Positions 10,311 through 18,448 are shown, counted from the first letter of the stretch. The stretch: DNA of 44,013 bases from an uncultured Bacillales bacterium (GCA_946414915.1 CAMKQK010000004.1:1-44013), one strand, 5' to 3'. Notes: generated by a model from the sequence alone, not told the origin. Numbers and translations are program-made.

Positions 10311-10325
10311 CTAATTCTCCTATTA

Positions 10326-10550
10326 AACAAAAAAGCTTTTTCCCAAAAGGATAAAAGCTTAAAAATCTTTTACTATGCCACCTTAATGGGTTTCGTGTAC
10401 TAACATACACTATCACATGGTTACGGAGTGATGCCGTCGAGTATTAGTCGCCCTCATTGGTCCATTCGCTTCCAAGCAATTATTCTGTTGCACCAACCCA
10501 GAACTCTCTATAAATTACTTTTGAAAGGTACTATTCCACTTCATCGGTTT
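10326..10550 (-). promoter_or_regulatory. T-box riboswitch, Trp-specific
   Basis: Stem I with AGUA, AGAGA and GGUUGGUG motifs; specifier GAA-UGG-A (UGG at 10464-10462); antiterminator AAGG-UGGCAUA-GUAAAAG...CUUUUAU-CCUU; overlapping terminator with U-tract. Confidence 0.9.
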
Positions 10551-10564
10551 GATATGTATAACTG

Positions 10565-10594
10565 ATTATCTCTACTTTTTATAGGAATTGTCAA
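10565..10594 (-). promoter_or_regulatory. SigA-type promoter of the T-box leader
   Basis: TTGACA-N18-GATAAT. Confidence 0.6.
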
Positions 10595-10606
10595 TATTTT
10601 AATGTT

Positions 10607-11539
10607 TTAGTTTTTATAGTAAAGAGCGTTATCCACTATGACGCTAATAACCATTTCGAGATTCTTAATGTTTATTTTGACATCATATTTGCCTTCTTTT
10701 TTGAAGGTAACTGTATACCATAATTCACATGTTCCTGAGTTTAGGTTAGTCTCAGTGTTATTTGTTTTATCTTTGTTAAAAGTTATTTCATAGGCATCAC
10801 TTTTCTCATAAGTAAGGCAATCGTTAGCGTAATCTGAGTCAAAAGTTAAAACGCCATTAAAAGAATACATTATGAATAAATCATTAGCTCTTTCAGTAGC
10901 GCAGACAAAGCGTTGTTCTTTTGTTTCTTGGTCGCCGACTGCCCACGAACCATTATTAACATTTTTAAAAACGGCACTACAAGAATGAGGATTAAATTCT
11001 TCATCTTTCCACACTAGCTGTGGTCTTTCTTTGTCAGTTAATACTGTCGCAGTTCTTCTATAATTTATGCCTTCCTTATAGGTAGTTGGATTATGCTGAC
11101 CATAAAACTCTTTGATAATTAAATAACCATCTTTTTCTCCTAAATAATAGGATTTGCCATTATCAGGAAGGAAATACTCAAGATAGGCATTTTTCTTAAT
11201 GTCAAAGAAAGCATAACCATGATAATACTGGGATTTATTTAAATAACGAAATTCAGTGCAGAAATCACGTCGTCCATCGCCGTTTACATCAGCGAGATAG
11301 AGAGAATCATAAATCTTAAAAGAACCAATATAAAAATAATCACCATGGCCTTTGACTTCTAAGCCTTCATAATCTTTGGTGTTAATAGTTAAAGATTTAT
11401 TAAAGTCAGGGGCTTCTTCATAGCCATTATAAATACACTCCGCTTCAACTAGTTTACCTTCATGATATTTATTACAAGCAGATAAACAAGGAATCATCGC
11501 GGCAATGGCAACAATTATTTTTAAATAATTCTTTTTCAT
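10607..11539 (-). CDS. Hypothetical lipoprotein
   Basis: MKKNYLKII...LSAC lipobox places the start at 11539; contains DVNGDGRRD. Confidence 0.75.
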   Translation of the reverse strand: MKKNYLKIIVAIAAMIPCLSACNKYHEGKLVEAECIYNGYEEAPDFNKSLTINTKDYEGLEVKGHGDYFYIGSFKIYDSLYLADVNGDGRRDFCTEFRYLNKSQYYHGYAFFDIKKNAYLEYFLPDNGKSYYLGEKDGYLIIKEFYGQHNPTTYKEGINYRRTATVLTDKERPQLVWKDEEFNPHSCSAVFKNVNNGSWAVGDQETKEQRFVCATERANDLFIMYSFNGVLTFDSDYANDCLTYEKSDAYEITFNKDKTNNTETNLNSGTCELWYTVTFKKEGKYDVKINIKNLEMVISVIVDNALYYKN

Positions 11540-11690
11540 AGTTTCTGCCTCTGGATTAAGGTAGCAAAAATACATATTTTTTTCAATAATAATCGAAGAA
11601 ATTTCAACCACTACAAATCATTGCTTAAAATAGTTGTGGTTAACTAGGTCAATAATTGAGTAAAATGATAATGATATAGGGAGAAATACC

Positions 11691-11993
11691 ATGGAAATCA
11701 TTAAGAAATTAGAAGGAAAACAACTTTCCATTGCTTTAGTTGGCGAATTAAATAGCATTACCGCACCTGCCTTTGATCAAGTGATTAGAGATAGCTTAAA
11801 AGATGTGACATCACTCGTTTTAGATTTTACTAAACTTGAATACTTATCTTCAGCGGGTTTAAGAGTCCTTTTAATGGCGCAGAAAATCATGAGCGCGCAA
11901 GGCGACATGGTCATTAAAAATGCTAATAAACAAATCCTCGATATCTTTGAGATGACAGGTTTTGCTAATATCTTAAACGTTGAACGTAATTAG
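11691..11993 (+). CDS. STAS-domain anti-sigma factor antagonist
   Basis: GELNSITAP, LDFTKLEYLSSAGLRVLL with the conserved phospho-Ser, and FEMTGF; SD GGGAG. Confidence 0.92.
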   Translation: MEIIKKLEGKQLSIALVGELNSITAPAFDQVIRDSLKDVTSLVLDFTKLEYLSSAGLRVLLMAQKIMSAQGDMVIKNANKQILDIFEMTGFANILNVERN

Positions 11994-12859
11994 ATTCTTT
12001 CAACCACTACTTTTTCTTGGGTAATGATGTGAGGGGTCACTCCGTTTACGGCTTTACGGCAATAGTCGAGAGTCTTCTGCATCTTAGAAGCCACAATTTT
12101 GATTTTTTCAAAGAGTTTGTCATCGTCTGTATGGACTTTCAAGATAAACTCTTTTTCTTTCACTTCTAAATCTCTAATGGCTTCATGTTTCATGAATTCC
12201 ACTAAATCAATTTCTTTAGTGATTTTATTAATGTCATAAGTAGATTGTAAGTTTCTTTGTGCGGTGACATCGATTTCATCAGCGAGTCTCACTAAAGCGG
12301 ATAAATACGGTAAGCAGATGGTGTTACCATTAGGTAATTTTAAAGCTTTTGGATATTCTTTTCCATCTTCTAAATCGGTTTTACGGTGCCCTCTAGAGAT
12401 TTGGACAACCGCAAACATGTGTTCCTTACTAGGGAAATCAAAAAACGCAGCGTATTTTTTAATTAATAAGCCAGAATACTCGTTATGGAATGCACGGATA
12501 ATATCTGGGCGGTTATTTCTGTCGTGTGTTTCAAAATAATCTTTGAAATCGATTTGTTTAGTGAATTCGTCATAGTCTCTTTCACTGATTCCCATACCAG
12601 TATCATGGAAATAGCAACCCATCAAAATAGCGTATATTTCATCAGCGTTTAAATTATCAATTTGTTTACCGATTAATTTATTACAGAACTCAATAACATT
12701 CAAAGAATGGAGCTCACTATGGTCAGTGAAATCAGGAAAGATTAACTTATAGTTAGAAAGGATTCTTTCCATAGCGAAAACTGTATCGCTAAACCTAGAA
12801 TGGAGATCCTTATCTAATTCTCTTAATCTTCCTTCAAGAAGGAAATCATATTTATCCAT
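11990..12859 (-). CDS. HD-domain metal-dependent phosphohydrolase
   Basis: FTDHSELHS...FHDTGM...H...GHR...LADEID metal-binding pattern. Confidence 0.82.
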   Translation of the reverse strand: MDKYDFLLEGRLRELDKDLHSRFSDTVFAMERILSNYKLIFPDFTDHSELHSLNVIEFCNKLIGKQIDNLNADEIYAILMGCYFHDTGMGISERDYDEFTKQIDFKDYFETHDRNNRPDIIRAFHNEYSGLLIKKYAAFFDFPSKEHMFAVVQISRGHRKTDLEDGKEYPKALKLPNGNTICLPYLSALVRLADEIDVTAQRNLQSTYDINKITKEIDLVEFMKHEAIRDLEVKEKEFILKVHTDDDKLFEKIKIVASKMQKTLDYCRKAVNGVTPHIITQEKVVVERI

Positions 12860-12914
12860 GTTAATTCCTTATAGATATATTTTACCTGAGTAAGAAAAAA
12901 AACGCTAAAAAAGA

Positions 12915-12947
12915 AAAAATTCTGACACTTTTTATCGTATCAGAATT
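12915..12947 (-). terminator. Terminator hairpin, identical 33-bp copy of the tRNA-Ser(GCT) downstream terminator
   Basis: AAAAATTCTGACACTTTTTATCGTATCAGAATT is identical at 14814-14846. Confidence 0.85.
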
Positions 12948-12958
12948 ATCTTCTTACG

Positions 12959-12988
12959 TGGGTCGAAAGCACCATTTTGATACAAAGT
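12959..12988 (-). repeat. 30-bp CCA-ending cassette-boundary motif, copy 1
   Basis: Minus strand ACTTTGTATCAAAATGGTGCTTTCGACCCA; 29/30 identical to 13551-13580. Confidence 0.9.
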
Positions 12989-13016
12989 GAGAACACTTGC
13001 ATACAATGCATACACT

Positions 13017-13487
13017 TTATTTTGATTTCATTATATGCTCCATGAATACTGATCTGGTTTTCATTCCCATTTTTTCATAGAACTTTAAAGCGGCGTTATT
13101 GCCTGGCCACACATTTAAAGTAACTTCATAGCAATTATTCTCTTTTGCGGTTTCCACTACTTTTTGATATAAAGCTTCGCCAATACCTTGTTTACGATAT
13201 TTTTCATCGACACATAAGTCATCTAAATGGAAAACCTTTATAGGATACATATTTGAGGTAGGTACTCTAATTTGACACATCGCATAGCCCACGACATAGT
13301 CATTTATAATAGCCACATATATTGGTTTAGTATCATTGTTAATCATTTCTTCAAGTTGTTCTTGATTATATTTGGTTGTTCCAGACATGAATAAATCTGG
13401 TCTTAATTTAGCGTGGATTTCTAAGACCTGAGAAAGTAATTCTAATAATCTAGCAATGTCTTCTTTTTTGGCTCTGCGAATTTCCAT
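13017..13487 (-). CDS. GNAT family N-acetyltransferase
   Basis: LDDLCVDEKYRKQGIG acetyl-CoA motif and N..ALKFYEKMG. Confidence 0.93.
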   Translation of the reverse strand: MEIRRAKKEDIARLLELLSQVLEIHAKLRPDLFMSGTTKYNQEQLEEMINNDTKPIYVAIINDYVVGYAMCQIRVPTSNMYPIKVFHLDDLCVDEKYRKQGIGEALYQKVVETAKENNCYEVTLNVWPGNNAALKFYEKMGMKTRSVFMEHIMKSK

Positions 13488-13517
13488 TTGCTTTATTCTA
13501 CAAAAAATAAAAGAAAA

Positions 13518-13539
13518 ACGGTACTGAATTCAATACCGT
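13518..13539 (-). terminator. Terminator hairpin following boundary motif copy 2
   Basis: ACGGTATTGAATTCAGTACCGT near-palindrome followed by a T-run on the minus strand. Confidence 0.8.
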
Positions 13540-13550
13540 ATTTTTTCTAA

Positions 13551-13580
13551 TGGGTTGAAAGCACCATTTTGATACAAAGT
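13551..13580 (-). repeat. 30-bp CCA-ending cassette-boundary motif, copy 2
   Basis: Minus strand ACTTTGTATCAAAATGGTGCTTTCAACCCA. Confidence 0.9.
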
Positions 13581-13607
13581 TCGTACAGTTCGTACAACTT
13601 TCGTTTA

Positions 13608-14648
13608 TTAATACCAATAGAAATATGTTTTTAAAAAGCGACGCATTTCTTTTAATTTAAACTCATAAGTAGCACTTTCAAGACTACCTTCATAAGAAAT
13701 ACAATCAAGGTCAAAATCATAAAAATATAAGTAAACTATTGTGTTTTTAGAATCGTTAAATCCCACCATCATAAACGATTTGACAGTTGGAAAGCCTTCT
13801 CCATCTTTATTTACCCAATATGTTAAATCAGGGACGATTCGTAAATCGTATCCTTTATAATCAAATTCAAAAAGCATAAAATCCGATCTTTCTTTATCTA
13901 GGTAAAGAGTTTCATATTTTTCATTTGTTAATTCTTTTTGTGATTCATAGTTATCTCCATAAAAAGCGAACAAAGAAATGGAATGATTCTCAAAACTCAT
14001 GAGGAGCGATTGAACTTGATGCTGATAGGCAAAATAAACACTATCATAATCACCTAACTCAGATAATCGAGGCATCACTACACTTGCATTCTCAGTTGTA
14101 TCAAGGCGATTGTTATAGTGGCTAGTGTTTTTATCTAAAGTCCAAATAGTTGGGGCAGCAATTGTATTACAAGCGATATCTCTAACTATAGTCAATCCGA
14201 CAATAATAAATGGGGACATTACAACGGTGATTATGGAAACAAATCCAGCGGTAACATAAGGGGCTCTCTTTTGCCTTCTTACAGCAGAATTATTTATACC
14301 ATTTATAAAATTTGATTTGGACGGGGAACAAAATAATAGAATTGAAAGGAAAACAATTCCAACAACAGTGAAAGATATTAAGCACAATAATTTTGGCGCT
14401 CCAATATCATTTAATCTTCTCGAGCATAAAGAAAGGAACTGTGCAAAAAACAAAACAAGCAAAGCAATTGCCAATATGATAGAAAAAGGGCTGAAATAGG
14501 CTTGAAAGCGGTTTAGAAAAAAGAATATAAGAATGTTTACAAAAAACAATAGCAAAGAATCAGAGGTAAATACCTTATTTGAATCTTCGCTTTTGTAATC
14601 AAATAGTTTTGGAAAAAGGCGAATATATGGGATGTCTTTAGCTTTCAT
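13608..14648 (-). CDS. DUF805-like membrane protein with a C-terminal soluble domain
   Basis: TM helices around SLCSRRLNDIG (DUF805 RRLHD-like), a further TM, then a ~190-aa hydrophilic domain. Confidence 0.7.
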   Translation of the reverse strand: MKAKDIPYIRLFPKLFDYKSEDSNKVFTSDSLLLFFVNILIFFFLNRFQAYFSPFSIILAIALLVLFFAQFLSLCSRRLNDIGAPKLLCLISFTVVGIVFLSILLFCSPSKSNFINGINNSAVRRQKRAPYVTAGFVSIITVVMSPFIIVGLTIVRDIACNTIAAPTIWTLDKNTSHYNNRLDTTENASVVMPRLSELGDYDSVYFAYQHQVQSLLMSFENHSISLFAFYGDNYESQKELTNEKYETLYLDKERSDFMLFEFDYKGYDLRIVPDLTYWVNKDGEGFPTVKSFMMVGFNDSKNTIVYLYFYDFDLDCISYEGSLESATYEFKLKEMRRFLKTYFYWY

Positions 14649-14813
14649 AAAACAATATTACCATATTAGCGCATTTTTATACCTTTCGTTTTTTGGCGTT
14701 TTCAATCGTTTTCACTTTTTAAGCAAAAACAAAAAGAGCCGATAAAAACAGCTTCAATTAACACACATAAACCTTAATTTATAGTAAATACTGCTAAAAA
14801 TGCCCTAAAAATG

Positions 14814-14846
14814 AAAAATTCTGACACTTTTTATCGTATCAGAATT
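14814..14846 (-). terminator. Terminator of tRNA-Ser(GCT)
   Basis: AATTCTGATAC...GTGTCAGAATT plus T-run, 12 nt after CCA. Confidence 0.85.
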
Positions 14847-14858
14847 GTTCTTCTCTAA

Positions 14859-14950
14859 TGGCGGAGTAGGAGAGACTCGAACTCTCGCACCAGTTAACCC
14901 GATCTACTTCCTTAGCAGGGAAGCCCCTTCACCAACTTGGGTACTACTCC
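14859..14950 (-). tRNA. tRNA-Ser(GCT)
   Basis: Acceptor GGAGTAG/CTACTCC-GCCA; anticodon arm CTTCC-CTGCTAA-GGAAG; long variable arm; GTTCGA T-loop. Confidence 0.97.
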
Positions 14951-15008
14951 AGTGCGCCCCTTATCTTAACATAAAGGGCGATTAGAATTAAATAAGAATT
15001 TTAAGAAA

Positions 15009-16448
15009 TTAATAGGCCTTCGCAAATAAAACAACTTTTTTTGCCTTTTTACCGCATACTGGGCATGTGTCTGCGAACGCGATTTGGTTAAATGGCATGC
15101 AGCGTGCGGTCGCGGTTGTTAATTCTTTAATCTTGTTTTCACAAGCTTCGTCACCACACCACATCATCTTAGCGTAACCGCCTTTATCTAAAGCGGCATC
15201 TAAGTCCTTAAGGTCAGTTACTTCAGTCACGTGTTCTAATAAGTATTGGCTGGCCTTTTCATACATTTCTTGATGGATTTGTTTGAATAATTGAATGACG
15301 GTGTCCACCATTTCTTCTTTCTTAACGGTAAGTTTACGGCCATCGTGACGTACAGCAATTGTGACCACACCAGCTTCGATGTCTCTTGGACCGATTTCAA
15401 TACGGACTGGGACACCTTTCATTTCGTATTCAGAATATTTCCAACCTGGTGTTTTATCAGATTCATCACATTTGACTCTGACACCAGCGTCTTTTAACAT
15501 CTTTTCTAATTCTCTTGCAGCTGGGATAACACCTGGCTTTTGTTGCGCAACAGGAATGACCACGGCTTGGATTGGAGCGACGTATGGTGGTAAGGATAAG
15601 CCATTATCATCACCATGTACCATAATAATCGCGCCTAATAAACGTGTAGAGACACCCCATGATGTTTGATGAGGATTGTATAACTTACCATCTCTACCTT
15701 GGAATTTGATGCCAAATGCTTCGGCGAAGCCTGTGCCGAAGTAATGGGTTGTACCACTTTGTAAGGCTTTACCATCTGGCATTAAAGCTTCGATGGAATA
15801 GGTTTCTAAAGCACCAGCGAATTTTTCTTTATCAGTTTTTCTACCTTTGGTGAATGGAATCGCTAAGATGTCACGACCTAAGTCATCGTAGATTTCAAGC
15901 ATTTTTAATGCTTCTGTACGAGCTTCTTCTTCGGTTTCGTGCATTGTGTGGCCTTCTTGCCATAAGAATTCTGCACCTCTTAAGAAAGGACGTGTGGTCT
16001 TTTCCCATCTCACAACAGAACACCATTGGTTATAAAGTTTTGGTAAATCACGATATGAAGAAATAATCTTTGCGTAGTGTTCGCAGAATAATGTTTCACT
16101 GGTTGGTCTAATGATTAATGGGTCATCAATCTTTTGACCACCACCGATATCGGCGATTAAACATTCTGGAGCAAAGCCTTCAATGTGATCTTTTTCTTTT
16201 TGTAATAAAGATTCTGGGATCACAGTTGGCATGTAAACGTTTTGATGTCCTGTTTCCTTAAATCTTTTATTTAAATAGTTTTGGATTTCTTCCCAAATAG
16301 CGTAGCCATAAGGACGGTAAATGATAAATCCTTTAACGGAAGAATAATCCATTAATTCTGCCTTACGACAGACGTCAGTATACCACTGGGCAAAATCGTC
16401 TTCTTGACGAGTAATTGCATCATTTTTTACTTGGTTATTTTGAGCCAT
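15009..16448 (-). CDS. proS: Proline--tRNA ligase (archaeal/eukaryote-like type)
   Basis: DFAQWYTDV, IRPTSET, QWCSVVRWE, EFLWQEGHT, C-terminal Zn Cys and FAKAY end; SD GAGGA before 16448. Confidence 0.97.
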   Translation of the reverse strand: MAQNNQVKNDAITRQEDDFAQWYTDVCRKAELMDYSSVKGFIIYRPYGYAIWEEIQNYLNKRFKETGHQNVYMPTVIPESLLQKEKDHIEGFAPECLIADIGGGQKIDDPLIIRPTSETLFCEHYAKIISSYRDLPKLYNQWCSVVRWEKTTRPFLRGAEFLWQEGHTMHETEEEARTEALKMLEIYDDLGRDILAIPFTKGRKTDKEKFAGALETYSIEALMPDGKALQSGTTHYFGTGFAEAFGIKFQGRDGKLYNPHQTSWGVSTRLLGAIIMVHGDDNGLSLPPYVAPIQAVVIPVAQQKPGVIPAARELEKMLKDAGVRVKCDESDKTPGWKYSEYEMKGVPVRIEIGPRDIEAGVVTIAVRHDGRKLTVKKEEMVDTVIQLFKQIHQEMYEKASQYLLEHVTEVTDLKDLDAALDKGGYAKMMWCGDEACENKIKELTTATARCMPFNQIAFADTCPVCGKKAKKVVLFAKAY

Positions 16449-16452
16449 AATT

Positions 16453-18219
16453 TTATCCTCTCTGATGATTTGAATCATCCATAGTTATAAGTTTTTCAAT
16501 CTTCTTCTTTTCTAATGGTAAGAGCATATCGTTACTGGAAGAGATTGTTTCAGAAGAAACGATACTCACACCTGATTTAATAATCAGTTCTATTGATTGC
16601 CAGCCTTCTAAATCGGTGGCGATAATAGGTCGATGGTACTTAAGCAATGATTCGATAAGAGAGTGAATGGATAATCGTACACGATTATTCTTCTTAATTT
16701 CACCAATCATCATCGAACCAGCGACGAAGTAGTCAAAGTTGTAATAAACACTTGGATCTAAGAGCAAGTTTTTATCCTTCATTAACATCGCAAGTTCAAA
16801 GTGGCCGCTTCTTAATTTCTTTAATGAATCATTAAGCAATTCAAGGTTAGAAGCGTTCTCGTTAATTTCTTGCTCGTTGAACACTAAGACTAAGTGAATT
16901 AATTTTGATTGAGGAATTTGTGAAAGAATCTCGTACATATGTTCAATGTCTTGTAAAGAGACAAGCATGAATAGTCTTAAGTCATCAGATTGCTTTTCAC
17001 TGGCGAACTTAGGAATGACGTAACGAGAAATCATCGCAAAGAACTGTTTATTCATATCCACCTTTGCCGCATATTTACTCATTTCTGCAAATGAGGCAAA
17101 TGGGGAATCATAAGCTTTAATGTATTCGAAGTAACCGATAGTCTTACGTCTATTGACATCAAAGATTGGTCTAAATAAGTAACGTAAGCTATTTGGTTTC
17201 ATGAGGTTTTCCACCTCTTCACGATAGCGATCAAGTTCAATAAGTGGCGCAGCTTGCTTTTGATAAAGCAAAATTTCTTGTCCGTTATGTTGCGCGGACA
17301 TACAAGCTTCTTGAGCTTTGACCACCATAGAATCAAAGTCTTGATAGTATTGAGCGTTTTCTACAACACCAATGGAGAAGTTAATTGAATCAGAGAAACC
17401 GTTAACACCAATACACTTTTTAATGTTATGGGCCATCGATGTCGCTAAAACCATCGCTTCATCACGAGAAGCAATTCTTAAATCAAACATTAATAATTCG
17501 TTTTCACCACCATCAATGATTTGACGAGACACTCTTGGATTAGAGGCATATGGATAAATGACATTCTTTAATGTCACGATCATATAGCGTTCAATCTTAT
17601 CGTTTGATAAGAATTTTTGTCTAATGTAATAGAAACGGATAGCGAAAGTGAAACCCTTTAAACTCTTTTCTTTAAGGATTAAGGATTCCATTGTGCTTCT
17701 TTTAACCACACCGATAAATGGAGATTTTTTCTTCTTTTTAGAGGTGGAGTTATTTGGAGTGATGTATTTAAGAATGAAGGATTCTAAGTGGATGATACCT
17801 TCATTTGGATCGTACTTTTGCAGTTTTAATAAAGAGAAATATGTACTACGTCCATGGTTAATGACCACGTCTGCTTCTAAATAGTTATCAGCGTTTTTAT
17901 AGTCAGTACAAATACTGAAGACCCAGGATTTGATTTTATCAACATCATTAACGTGGAAGTGAGAATAGAAAGCGGTCATGTCTATTTCTTTCTTGCCCTT
18001 TAAATCAGAACGATTGAAATAGGTAACCTTGTTATTCTTTACATCAATGATGTAAATTCTTAGCGTTGTGGATTCCGCTTTGATGCGTTTATCGTAGCTT
18101 TGATCCCTTCTGCCAAAAAGGATGTAAGTGAGCACTAAAAATGTGATAAATAAAAGCACCAACATCATTATGATGAAGAAGGCTTTAAATGGTGTGTTGT
18201 TAAAATTGAACCATTCCAT
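16453..18219 (-). CDS. Membrane-anchored degenerate GGDEF-EAL domain protein
   Basis: N-terminal TM; GGDEF-like fold with GGENE and FSIGV; EAL-like 'YLFRPIFD' but catalytic motifs are lost. Confidence 0.65.
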   Translation of the reverse strand: MEWFNFNNTPFKAFFIIMMLVLLFITFLVLTYILFGRRDQSYDKRIKAESTTLRIYIIDVKNNKVTYFNRSDLKGKKEIDMTAFYSHFHVNDVDKIKSWVFSICTDYKNADNYLEADVVINHGRSTYFSLLKLQKYDPNEGIIHLESFILKYITPNNSTSKKKKKSPFIGVVKRSTMESLILKEKSLKGFTFAIRFYYIRQKFLSNDKIERYMIVTLKNVIYPYASNPRVSRQIIDGGENELLMFDLRIASRDEAMVLATSMAHNIKKCIGVNGFSDSINFSIGVVENAQYYQDFDSMVVKAQEACMSAQHNGQEILLYQKQAAPLIELDRYREEVENLMKPNSLRYLFRPIFDVNRRKTIGYFEYIKAYDSPFASFAEMSKYAAKVDMNKQFFAMISRYVIPKFASEKQSDDLRLFMLVSLQDIEHMYEILSQIPQSKLIHLVLVFNEQEINENASNLELLNDSLKKLRSGHFELAMLMKDKNLLLDPSVYYNFDYFVAGSMMIGEIKKNNRVRLSIHSLIESLLKYHRPIIATDLEGWQSIELIIKSGVSIVSSETISSSNDMLLPLEKKKIEKLITMDDSNHQRG

Positions 18220-18318
18220 ACCAGTCTATTATACTTTGTCCGCATGAATTTGACTAGATGTCCAAATTCAATTTAATAAAGTTCCAATTAGCCGAATAAA
18301 TGCTATAATAACTTGCAC

Positions 18319-18409
18319 GGAGGAATACCCAAGTGGTTGAAGGGGGCGGTTTCGAAAACCGTTAGAAGGTGCAAGCCTTGCCAGGGTTCGAATCCCTGTT
18401 CTTCCGCCA
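18319..18409 (+). tRNA. tRNA-Ser(CGA)
   Basis: Acceptor GGAGGAA/TTCTTCC-GCCA; anticodon loop TTCGAAA; variable arm; TGcTATAAT promoter upstream. Confidence 0.96.
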
Positions 18410-18420
18410 AAAGCAAACAA

Positions 18421-18448
18421 AAAAGCCTAGCGAACTAACTAGGCTTTT
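18421..18448. terminator. Bidirectional terminator between tRNA-Ser(CGA) and yitT
   Basis: AAAAGCCTAG...CTAGGCTTTT. Confidence 0.75.

Noticed and set aside
12959-13580. 30-bp direct repeats as a CRISPR array
   Set aside because: Only two copies about 590 bp apart, separated by a whole gene; no cas genes
12959-14858. Classical integron attC sites or a prophage/ICE attL-attR
   Set aside because: No GTTRRRY/RYYYAAC palindromic attC, no duplicated tRNA 3' arm and no integrase in the window
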